Origin: Euprymna scolopes
Taxonomy: Eukaryota
Length of the DNA: 64,000 bases
Strand: one strand, 5' to 3'
Assembly: GCA_053919585.1 (NCBI GenBank)
Contig: CM132786.1
Shown here: positions 10,071 to 21,853 of the stretch, one piece after another
Position numbering within the stretch: position 1 is the stretch's first letter
How the letters are laid out: the number at the start of each line of letters is the position of its first letter
Position numbers and translations under genes: made by a program
Notes under the pieces: generated by a model
What the model was told of the DNA's origin: nothing
Seen by the model: only the letters and a program-made list of their open reading frames with translations
Databases searched by the model: none

Positions 10071-10139
<69 letters not shown>

Positions 10140-10142
<3 letters not shown>

Positions 10143-12235
10143 AGAAAACAGTTCATAAAAAATGTAACAAGACACTTTGAAAAAAGAGTTAAAAAATATT
10201 TAATCTGAAAAGGAAACACTTGATAAGTGGATAGTTTTTAATCCGCGGACTTTCGAAGATATACTTTCCTTTTCATCAGAGGGTAAGAATGCGGGATCGG
10301 ATTCTGCATACAAAAGTATTTGCTGAAGCAACAAGAATCTTACTTGATAACAAAAAGTGACGAAGAGGGAATTTGGTGAAGAAAAGGTGATTACATGTAA
10401 ATGGATAGTCTGGCGAAAGATTAATAATCCAATGACAGTAAGATCCAAAAATATAACTTCCAGAAAGTTCATTGAATTTCCATTTGCACAGGTAAACGCC
10501 AATGAAATACCGTAATTGGAAGATGCCCCAAAATAATCCAAAGGCCGAAATCCATTGAATAATTCACAAATATGTACAAGCGAATAGGGCAAAAATTCCA
10601 ATAATATTAATAAAAAACAAAATAAGATATGCTTTACACACTGTTGCCAAGGTATAAATATAAGTAAGAAATATCAGTAAAGAAGAAGCGGAAAAATGAA
10701 ATGGTGATAGAATTAAATATAAAATAGAAAAACAAATGTCACAATGACCCAGACAGGAAAAGTTAAAAAGCGCGAAAAATATATAGGAGGAAATAATATA
10801 GGTAAACTGAAATGTACATGTTATTACTTAAGAAAATATCAGCAAGAGTTGTTAAAAGCCACTAAATGGAAATTAATAAATAAATAAATTACTAAATACA
10901 TAAACAGAAAATACATAAAAATATATAAATAAATTAAAAATACAAAATAAAATAAAAAATAAACGTGTTAAAGGGGAGAGGATGGCCGGTATCTGCCAAT
11001 TCATGAAAAATCAAGAAAGTAATTAAGTAAATGCAGATAGTAAAATATAAGTAAATATACATACATGATATAGAAGTGTGGGTAGATTGATATATTAGAG
11101 GAATATGAATATTTAAATACTAAAACAGAAATTGCAGATAAAAAACCGGCCAAGCAAAGTAAAGAAATAAAATAAAGGATTATTAAATTATAAAATATTA
11201 AGTAAGTGTGTAACAAAAACGATAAAGTTAAAGAAACATTATATACCTGTCTAAAAGGTAAAAGCAATAACTATTTAATTTCAAAATTGCCATCATTAAA
11301 TTTGGACCTATGTTTACAGAAAGAGATCAGTTCATTTTAAGAATGTATTATATTTTTACTTTGAGGGAAAGTAATTATAGTTATAGCTTCGGTTGTGCAG
11401 AGGCGACATGGCTTCGAGCCTGGAGTATAAGACTTAACTTTTTTATGATGGTCCATTTGATTGAGTAGCGGGTATTTTTAAAGTTAAGGTTTTTAATTAA
11501 AGTGGTTAGAGAAGTTCCTTGGTTATTATTAGAATTATGGTTGTAAAAAGAAGAAATATGGTTTGATATCCTTTTCTTAATTAATGTTGAAGTAACTACG
11601 ATATATGTATGTCCTTTTAATAAAAACTCGAGGTTTGGTATTAATATTTATTTGCTGCTTTGTATTAGTTAAATGGTTTGAATTTTGTTAATAGTGTTCA
11701 ACAAATAGTGGGACAATGTTTTTTTATGAGGACTATTAGGATTAAACCAAGTATTTTTCTTTCTCCTGATGCGACTGGGTGGTTTATAGGTATTGCGATG
11801 AGTATTTTGGGTTGGATTATATATGTGGACTAGTTCATTGTAATTGATACGGAAGATCTTGTTATTTGAACTGGTTTCTTACGAGTCATATTGTGGGTGA
11901 TTACAGATTTAAGGCCGCCTGTAGAAGGAGCATGATTGTTGTATTTTATCTTTTCGTTGTGTCCTGACTTCCATAAGGAATTATTGAAGAAAGTAGCATT
12001 TTGATTAAAAGTTAATTTTTTATCAGCAGAAAGAGTAAAAATTCTTCAAGAAAGGGATAGTACTATAGATTTTATAATTAAGTTGAGGTGGTTGGAAGAT
12101 TTATGGACGTATAAAAGCGTAAGATTAGGTTTATGTAGGTGTTATGAGTTTCGGTGTTAAGATTAAGTGTAACATCTAGAAAATTTTAATTTTTTTTGTT
12201 TGGTTATATAATTATAGAAAGATCCCAGGAAACTG
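10140..12235 (-). mobile_element. Decayed Penelope-like element (Naiad-like RT C-terminus/linker/GIY-YIG tail) with 3' non-coding region
   Basis: Minus-strand fragments FLDVTLNLNTETH..KPNLTLLYVHKSSNHLNLIIKSI (~12183-12065), RRKRKNTWFNP (~11768-11740), and a C-terminal EL.S.CKHRSKF (~11335-11300). There is a degenerate hammerhead at ~10243-10284. Boundaries are approximate. Confidence 0.75.
10243..10284 (-). ncRNA. Degenerate minimal PLE-type hammerhead
   Basis: Minus strand CCCT-CTGATGA-AAAGGAAAGTATATCTTC-GAAA-GTC-CGCGG. Core boxes are present and stem I is poor. It lies downstream of and on the same strand as the PLE ORF remnant. Confidence 0.5.
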
Positions 12236-15078
12236 TAGCTGTCATTTAAGAACATAACGCCGCTAATAATCGCAATTATCTGAATGAATGTATGGTATAT
12301 CTTCACCCCAACCGCATCTCAAAGTGACTTAGATTTCCTGAATATAAAAAAGCGGTAGTATATTTTCACATACTTTATTAAACTGTATGGCTTGGTATAC
12401 AAGCATTATTAACGCATTCCCCTGTAAGCGTGCAAACAATTGTCATCAAAATGATCATGGATAGCCGAGGTTCAGTTTACTCATAATAACAACTATTTCA
12501 TCTAAACAGTAGAAATATGAAAACCTCTTGTCAAGAGAAATACATCAATGATTGATTATCTTACTAAAACGTAACTTGTTTAATAGTATAAAGCCGTAGT
12601 TTCATAAATCTTCAACAAGACACAATACCTTTGTAAACAGTAAGTATAGTAGTTACTCTTGTCTTAAAATATTAGAGGGTAAAGAGAACATAAACATCTT
12701 ATCAAGTAAACGTAAATTACTTTCAATTATCCAGTAAAAAATATCGACATAATTTTATAATTTACATGGAATTTTCACATGTGGAAATATTATTCCATGA
12801 AAGTAAAAGTATAGTAATTTTTAAGGAATTCAAATCCATTATGAATGTAATTAGTGTTTTATGATATTATTCTGTTTGATCGATTAGTACTACTATGTAA
12901 CGTATTTATATATAAGTCTTTTATTAAACTCATAATGCGCGTTTCATTAATTTCCCCTCTATTTAAATAACTATTTCTTTTAAACTACAAAATGGTAATT
13001 GTACTATACATTTGATTAGTTCCGTTATTCCTTTAGGCATGTGTTTCTTATGAACTTTAAATTCAAAATGATATTATATATTTGTTAAAAGTATACAATG
13101 TAAATCATACTATGATGTTGATTATTATTTTATATTAACCAAGTTTTATACAATAAAATATCCTGTGCGTTTATTTATATTTTAATTAGTAACATAGTTC
13201 TTTAAAAATGTTATAACATTTAAATTAAATTATACTATGCGTTTGATTAGTAATTTATTATATTTACCCGATGTTTTTAAGCTATATTGGTTATATAAAA
13301 TTGTTATCACAATTATATAACTTATTTAAAAGTCATAAAGATTATAAGCGTGCATTTACTTTCAGTGTGTAAATCGGGATGCATTTTCAAGGAATATGCT
13401 CTGCAGCTTTGCAATGTTGTAATAAAAAAAACTCACATGATTTTTACCAATAGTAAATGTGAGCAAAATATGTTAGATATTACACGACTATTTTGATGTC
13501 TTTCGATATATTTATATTAAATATAAAAATCAATTGTAATCATCATAAATACATAAACGTATAAATAGATATTTTTTGTGGATTTAAAGTCGTGCAATCC
13601 CCTACTAAAACCCATTATCCGAAATTTCATTAGGCATGAGTCAATAAATAAACGGCCACAAAAATACATTTATTTTTTTATTTTTGTATAGAGTGGATTA
13701 GACGCCATTTTTCTCTACCTCCGATTTATTTTTATAAAAAAGGTTTTGATTATTATTAATACTGGCATTTCCATGCCCATTCGTCTATTTTGGAAATCTG
13801 AGCAGCTATAAACTGGTATAGATCGAACATGAAAATTTATTCGTATTTTCCGATTGGCTCCGACCTTTCCTCCCATGTATACAAAAAACGAGACAGTTTT
13901 CTATAAATAAAGTGATATATTGATGTAGTCATGTATATTTCATAGATTTCGTCTAAAGGACGCCATTAATGTTGTATTTATTCAACGCCAACATCAACAA
14001 AAGACGCGTGTGTTCTAACTTAATACATGGAAAATATCAGCTGTCGCTCTTAAAAATAAATAAAGTTTCGATTTTCTTAAGCCTGAGAAATTGAACTCTG
14101 GCCATACTTTCTGTATAAAATTAAACCAAATAATCGTATGTATATAATAGGACAGCCAATAGACTTTCGAGGAATTGATCTACAATATCACGGTACGTTC
14201 GTTAAATATGATTAACCGCGGGCAACAATGTATTTGCAATCCTGTCAAATTCCTTTATCTTGAATTTTACATTAAATCTAGTTTAAAGATAATACTTTCA
14301 TTCAAGCAACAATAACACTATATCATGCACTTTTCTCTACGGTATATAAACTAGACATATGCTTTTCGACAAATACATATTAAAATTATTATTATCCTTT
14401 TAGAGATGAACAATAAATAGCGTAAAGCCAATGGATAAGAGCCGTTTAACGTAAACGTAATGAGTAAGGTAGCAGGGTTTGGCCTATATAATACAAATAC
14501 TTATAGGTTTATACTTATAGATTGCCCTGATAAACTAGTTTTATGTTTATACTAGTTCATATTGCAGAGGTATTAGTTTTATAAAATAGATAAAGTAGTG
14601 CAAATTTGTCGAAAGGATACGATTATGAATCAGGGATAAATCTAAACAAAAATTAATTTCACGATTAACAAAATATAAGTTATTTCTTGAAAATAATTGG
14701 TCAACATCGATATTTATAACTTTCTGTATTTGTGTTATCTGGATCACAGTTATTATATACTAGAAGTAAACTTTGCAATAGTATTTTTATTTGACATCAT
14801 ATAAGAAAGTAATATGAATTAATGATGCATGTGCCTTTTTTATAATCTTTCTTATGTTTTTTTAGAAAAGCATTGTACATTATTACCACAATTTATTAGA
14901 GCGATCGACGTACAAGAATAGAAATAATGATGTGTAATAGAAGAATTGTAACTGATATAAATAATATATTTACATTCGTTCATGTGGAATCATTTTTTTT
15001 ATCTGAATCTATTTGGACATTAATTAAAAAACAAGAATAAATCATTAAATCGACATAATAATAGATGGGATTAATCTA

Positions 15079-15160
15079 TTAGGTTGTTGCAAAAATAATG
15101 TTGTTTTTTTTACATTCAACTACATATAAAAAAATACATTTTTTTTTTGTACCAACATAG
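15079..15160. mobile_element. ~82-bp mariner-derived MITE (MADE1-like)
   Basis: TA|TTAGGTTGTTGCAAAAATAATG ... CATTTTTTTTTTGTACCAACATAG|TA. The TIR resembles the mariner TTAGGTTGGTGCAAAAGTAAT, with TA flanks. Confidence 0.75.
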
Positions 15161-15430
15161 TATATTCTCTAAGGTGTCGGAAGCACCACATATAATCATG
15201 CGGGATGACTTCAGCAAGTATAAGTCGGAGCAGTCAGTACCCTCAGATAATTATATAAACTGATATAATAAACGGATCGGCATTCTGCAACTAACTAGGC
15301 TCAAACACGTATTACTTTAGTGGTCTTGCATTACCATATGTGAAACCGTAATTATACGGGCATAAACAGGAAATACTTATAATGCGCTTAAAATAAAATG
15401 GTAATCCTAAAATAGGTAAATGCTATAAAC

Positions 15431-15738
15431 CAGTTGTTCTCAACCTTTTTTTTACTCATGAACCCCTTTTGCCTTATGTTTATCTTGGTGGACACCTTCA
15501 TACCTATTGGTCGTGAGACAATGTTCTATTTTTCACTCATATAATTTTTGAGGTGTGAATAATAAAAGAAATATTATATAATTAAGGTTTATTTTTAAAT
15601 GAAAAGTAATTTAATGTCAATAAAGAATTCTACAACCACTATAACAATAATGATAAGTTTGTCATGCTTTGCCTGTTGAGCATCAGAAATATTCCATGGA
15701 GCCCTAGGGTCCATGTGGACTCTGGTTGAGAACCTCTG
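15431..15738. mobile_element. ~308-bp hAT (Charlie-like) MITE
   Basis: TIRs CAGTTGTTCTCAACC / GGTTGAGAACCTCTG. Candidate 8-bp TSD CTATAAAC / CTATATAT (6/8). Confidence 0.8.
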
Positions 15739-16558
15739 CTATATATAGTGTATGTGTTTTTTATACATATCGAGTATTTTAACGTGTGCTTATTATATTC
15801 AGATATCAGTATTGCCTTTAATGTATATATGTAAATATGGGGTTCCTCAGTAAATATTTGATAAATTAAATTATATTAGTAGCTCAACTTTAAAAATGCT
15901 CAAGTTAACAAAACATTTAAACGATGATAAGCATTTAAATGTTGATAAACATTTAGCTAATAAGCGTCTGATACTCGCTGAGATAGATGGACCGAACACA
16001 ACTGTTTGGAATAATTGTTTTCTTTACTTTTAAGTAAATATCATATTATATAACTAAGTTTGCATCAAAATCCCATGATAAAATTTAAAACAAATGTCTC
16101 AAATGCGTATGTAGTTAAAAGAAAGTAAGATTTCTGGAACTTTATTTCATAGGACTATTGTGAATTAAGAAACAATTTAATCACATACTAATACACTTGA
16201 ATCTTAAATCTAGGTTAACCGTCTGAAAATATAACCCCTACACATACATAAAACGTATCCATAAACATAGAAATATTACAGATATTTCATATTTTATGTG
16301 TTTCAAGTCTATTTAAGATTGCATGAACATAAGAATGTCTGAATTTGAGCAGACCTTTCACATACTCTAAATAAATCTAATAAGGAATATTGCATACAAC
16401 TTATTTCTTGATTGGTATCGGTTCGAGTTTTAATTCACCACACTCTAATAATTATATTTTAGTCAAAGGTCTGCAGAAATATACGTATACATGTGCGTAT
16501 ACATATATATACAAATATTTTATTTATGTGCAGATATATAATTACATACACATGTATA

Positions 16559-16641
<83 letters not shown>

Positions 16642-16643
<2 letters not shown>

Positions 16644-18491
16644 ACATTCCACTGATGAATTTACTACTCTTAAAATTCAGTTGGGCGAATTAAATCGGAG
16701 GTTTTCAGCCATAAACACTAAATTTAGCGATTTTGTTAGGCAGAAAAATCATTTTGAAGCGGCAAAATTAATTAGGTCTAATTCCGACATTTATCGTACT
16801 CGCCCAGATAAAGGATAACAAAACGGATTATATCTTCAAAATCTTGGAAATTTTGGACGATAAAAATAAATTTCTCCGGTTGGATGATTTAAGCCACGAT
16901 GACACTTTTCGAATGGAAATAAAAATCCAGAACAGATTTCTTCAACTTTATAAAAGTGGGTTTATTTCTAAGGAGATTTACGATAGAATCCGACTCATTG
17001 GCTCTCAAAGGCCTAGAATGTACGTTTTACCCAAGGTTCATAAACCAAACATTCCTTTGCCACCCATTTTATCTATGTTGGGTTCTGCACAATACGAACT
17101 TGGGAAATGGTTAGTTGATCTTCTTAAACCTTTGCTTTCTTTTTATTCGGTCCATTGTATCTCTGATTCTTTTCAATCTGTGTCTCATATACACAAATTA
17201 TCTTTATCTAAGAATACCGAGTTCTTGGCTTCCTTTGACATTAATAGTCTTTTTACTAATATACCTTTGGATGAAACCATTGGTATTTGTGCTGACTATC
17301 TATATCGTGGCCCCTCAAAATCTCCACAATTTCCTGAACGAATTTTCGTTGAACTGATGGAACTTGCCACTAAATCAGTTTCCTTCAGGGTGAACAGTAT
17401 TATGTACCGGCAAATTGATGATATATCTATGGGTAACCCTCTTGGTCCTTCGCTAGCCAACATTTTCGTTGGATTTTTGGAAAACGAATTATTTTCTAAA
17501 TTACTAAACCAACATTCTATACACGCTACGTTGATGACACTGTTGCATGCTTTCCCTCACGGAGTGAAGCTGAACAGTTTCTTCGTCTTCTTTGTAACTT
17601 GCATCCATCGTTACAATTTACTATGGAGGTCGAGGACTGTGGCTCTCTTCCATTCCTCGATGTTCGTGTTTCTAAAGTTGGTTCTACGCTTGAGACCTCT
17701 GTATACAGAAAACCTACATTTACAGGGCTCTATCGTAATTGGTTTCCTTTGCCCCTCAGTCTAGAAAAAAAAACCTCATGAGCGCTCTTACACATCGTGC
17801 ACTCATGATTTGTTCACCAAACTGTCTTGACGCGGAACTTGGTGAAATCACAAATATTTTTCTCAGCAATGGATACCCCATAAATATAATAAGAACTACT
17901 ATTGGACGTAAAATTGCTACATTTAATAGTGTTAAACGTATTGGTCCATCACGTTGTCCCATTTATTTAAAATTACCATTGTTAGGTCCTGTTGGCCTTC
18001 ATATTGTTAAAAGGATTTCTTCTGCTACTCAACGTTGTTTTACAGCTACTATGCTTAGAGTAGTTTACACAACTCGAACCTTTTTCTCTTCTTTTCATAA
18101 AGATATTTTGCCAACCATTCAAAAGAATTCTGTTGTTTATAAATTTGTTTGTCAGTGTGGAGCTGACTACATTGACAATACATCCCAAAGATTAGAAATT
18201 AAATATCCCAACACATCCCTCGGGATATTCGATTACACCAGGTTTCGGGAACATCTGGACACTCCCAAGCTCATGAGTCCGCCATCGGTAATCACCTGAT
18301 TAGTATAAATAGGTGTTCTGACCAATATTCCGATGGTTGGTTTTCTGTTTTATACAGTGCTAGGTCGAACTATCATCTCAATATCATTGAGGCGTTAGTC
18401 ATTAATAACTCTCGACTTAGCCTGTGTAGACAAAAGATTTTGAAACATCAGTTGGAAATATTTACTGATTTAAAACCACCTGACCAGTGAG

Positions 18492-18553
<62 letters not shown>

Positions 18554-18788
18554 TCTCACTGGTTTTCCAACTGAAAAAAATTTCCGTCTTTCCTCATTCG
18601 ATTCTTAGCTTTTAATTTATCATTCTGACGTCTCCTCTTAGAGGGTCAGACGATAAGACCTTAAGGAAATTTTAACAATTCCACCTGCCCGTGTTTTTTG
18701 TTTCTTTGATCTTTTTATTTTATTTTCCATAAATTAAATTATGTTCCCTCTGAAATTTCTCCTTTCATTATGCTGTGCCAAGAATTTA

Positions 18789-18790
<2 letters not shown>
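16642..18790 (+). mobile_element. 5'-truncated Penelope-like retroelement (Penelope/Poseidon-type)
   Basis: Carries an RT + GIY-YIG pseudo-ORF and is bounded by (CA)n(TA)n at left and (TA)n at right. Confidence 0.9.
16645..18490 (+). pseudogene. PLE reverse transcriptase + GIY-YIG endonuclease, disrupted by stop and ~3 frameshifts
   Basis: Motifs RPDKG, RPRMYVLPKVHKPNIPL.PILS, ASFDINSLFTNIP, QIDDISMGNPLGPSLANIFV, YTRYVDDT (17518-17541, shifted frame), LPFLDVRV, VYRKPTFTGLY, SVVYKFVCQCGADYI, HESAIGNHL, IIEALVI, SLCRQK. Track ORFs 16844-17764, 17599-17781 and 17739-18299 are pieces of it. Confidence 0.93.
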
Positions 18791-18841
<51 letters not shown>

Positions 18842-21818
18842 TCGAAATCAAATGTTTCTCTACATAACGAATGTGAAGTACAACATATCAAGTTAAAGAA
18901 GTGATGTTTAGAAAAAATGTATATTTGGGGATCTTGCATATTGTATAAGCTTTGGAGGAGTACCAGTTTTCCTGTTTATTTTAGATAATTATACTATTTT
19001 AAAAATGTTAGAATGAAAAATTCAGTAGTACTGAGAAATAGAGATTGAAATACGCATTAGGGAATAGTCATAATATATTATGAAATTTCATTGTTTAAAT
19101 ATGTAAGTACTATATCAATAAGGGTCTGATGAGTGTTACATGTTCAAATCCACACAAGAAACTGGAGAATATAAAAAATAAAAAATTAAATAATACGCAT
19201 GTTGATATAAAACATATAAAGTGGATAAACGTAAAATATTAGTAAATTAAATAAAAAAAAATCCAATGTGTATGCGAAAAGTTAAATGTAAAAAGGGATA
19301 CTAAATATTATTACAACGATGTTATATGGTAACGACATAAGCAAGCAGGTTAAATACAGGTGGGACATATTTTAATAAAGGCAGAATATAGGGGGCAGTG
19401 TAAAGGTATGAAAAATGTACAGGTTTAGAGTGGCATGGAAATAAATAAAAAAATAAAATTATTAGTAATAATAAATATTGCAATAGGCGTAGTAACATTC
19501 TTAATATGGATAAAAGCAAGAATTTGTAAAAATAAGATAAATAAATATGCAAATAAGACAGTAGTCGTATGTGTAAATATTAACAAATAAACTATTCGTC
19601 ACGTTACACTGAAATTAATAGAACATACTTATCGAACATCCAAGATAGTTTTAATGATTAATATGCTTGATTGTATGAATTACTTACGTGTCCGCGCATA
19701 TATGATTCCATTAAGACAATAATATACAACGTTTGACATCATTTGTTTTCAGAAATATGAACTCTATATGGATTTTATTATATTCAAACTCATTTTACAT
19801 CGAGCAGAAATGCAAACTCTTTAATTAGAGGCGTAGATAATAACATTTTCTTATTACAAGCAGATCTTGTTGTCAATCTTTTAAGACGATGAATCTTTAT
19901 GGACAATACTTACCTTTTACTCACGATGTAAGGCAAAATTCGAGGTAAACATATACATTTCTTAAAGAAATCGTGCACAGCTGGAGACAAATTCAAATTA
20001 TACGTTTTCTTATAAAAGTTTATTTGGACTTATGTCAAGTCTGTTTTTCTTTTCTTCTTTCACCTTTTAAAGTTATACGCAAATGTTGCTCGACATTCTG
20101 AAATTATAAAATATCAATAGTTTAGCATAACTTTAATAATTAATATTTTTCTTGAAACTATTATCTATGTTCCCTTTATAAATGTTATCCATAACTTCAA
20201 ATTCTATTTTCTCTAGGAAAATCTTCTGCTTTTTATCTAAATATTTTATCATAAAAAAACAGGAATTTAATAGCATTACATATCCGTGGACATACCTGTA
20301 ATTATTTTCTTCTTTATTCATTATTCGATTTGACAACCGACATATAGTTCAAACCAAAATTATAATATTGTGAATGTATGTGCGTTTGATTTATATTTGT
20401 TTTTTTAGAAGATTTCTTTTTACACATTTACTTAATTTAAAAAAAAAAAAGTGGAAGAAAATATAGCAACATAAAATAAAACTTGTTTAGGACAAAATAC
20501 AAAATGTATTAGCTAACATATAAATAATTATTGGATTTTGCGGAAACTAATTTAATTTTTCAAATTTTGCAATTGTCGAAAAGAAAGCTAAGATTTGTTT
20601 GTTGTGAATAAATGCCGGACATTCATCCAAACCTAGGACACAATTAAATAGATAAATTCATACTTTTCTTAGGGAACTCACGAACGACGCAGGAGGAAGT
20701 CTAAGTACACGATTAGATGCAAATACATGATGTGGTTATATAAATTTCCCGCTTTACTTTGTTCTTTCTTTTTTAACAAATACTTTACTATAGCTCGAAA
20801 CTCTGAATATGAATTGTTTTTTATGTTATCATTACTAATATGTTAAGCTCTCCTTTTATTTTATATATTATTCCCCCTAAGTAAATGACCCTTTCCTTAA
20901 ATAATTTCTTAGTCTCTTTAAAGAAATTATTTCTATTTAAATATAACGTTTTCTTTAAAAGAAATGAGAATTTATTGGCTGTGCACGTTGAATTGCATAT
21001 ATGGATAATACTTATTTTTTTAAATGTAATAATCGATTAGATAAACAAGTATTCATTTCAATAACATTTTAAATATGCAGTCTGACGAAAATACCATTTT
21101 GGGATAAATATCCGATATTAAAACGCATTTATGATATATCCGTATTCAATTTTTCCTTATAACTTTTTTTATTTTTCCTGATATAAATTTTATACTTAAA
21201 AATATCAAGTGCGTATATTTTAAGGATATGATAAATTAAATGCGGTCAGTTATCTTCCATCCTCAATAGCAAAATATCATCCACGTAGTATATTAAATTC
21301 TAGAGAATACACTTTCTTAACAATAGCAAAACAAATAAAACAGATTATTCACCATGCGTCCGTTTGAGGGCCAAACGGCACTTGCCAACTATCACAAATA
21401 TTAGGGCAAGTTTGTACTTTTTACATCGTAATCCGAAATCATATGACAGCAGAACTTAGTAGTATTTATTACGAGATTAATATAAGTTGCATTTAGAATA
21501 GTAAACATTACAGATAGGTTTAACAAAACGTTATAGGCTGTAATATGTTGCTTAACTATACAACAAAATGCAGCTGTTCTTGGAAAGCGGACGTTTGCTT
21601 CTGTCTCGCATTCTTTATTTCTATTTAAATTGCGATGAGAAAAGTCAGCACTTCTGCAATACTACGAGGTAATACCGTTTTGTGATTTCAATTTAGATAA
21701 TAGTATTCGAGGAACTTATTAATCTGATAATCAGACTGCAGCACTTTTATTACATACCAACTGTACTATTCATATTGGCAATAATTCATTAACATCCAAT
21801 AAATATATTATACATAAA

Positions 21819-21853
<35 letters not shown>

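Noticed and set aside
16652-16700. Hammerhead at CTGATGA 16652
   Set aside because: No GAAA or stems follow; it lies within the PLE coding frame.
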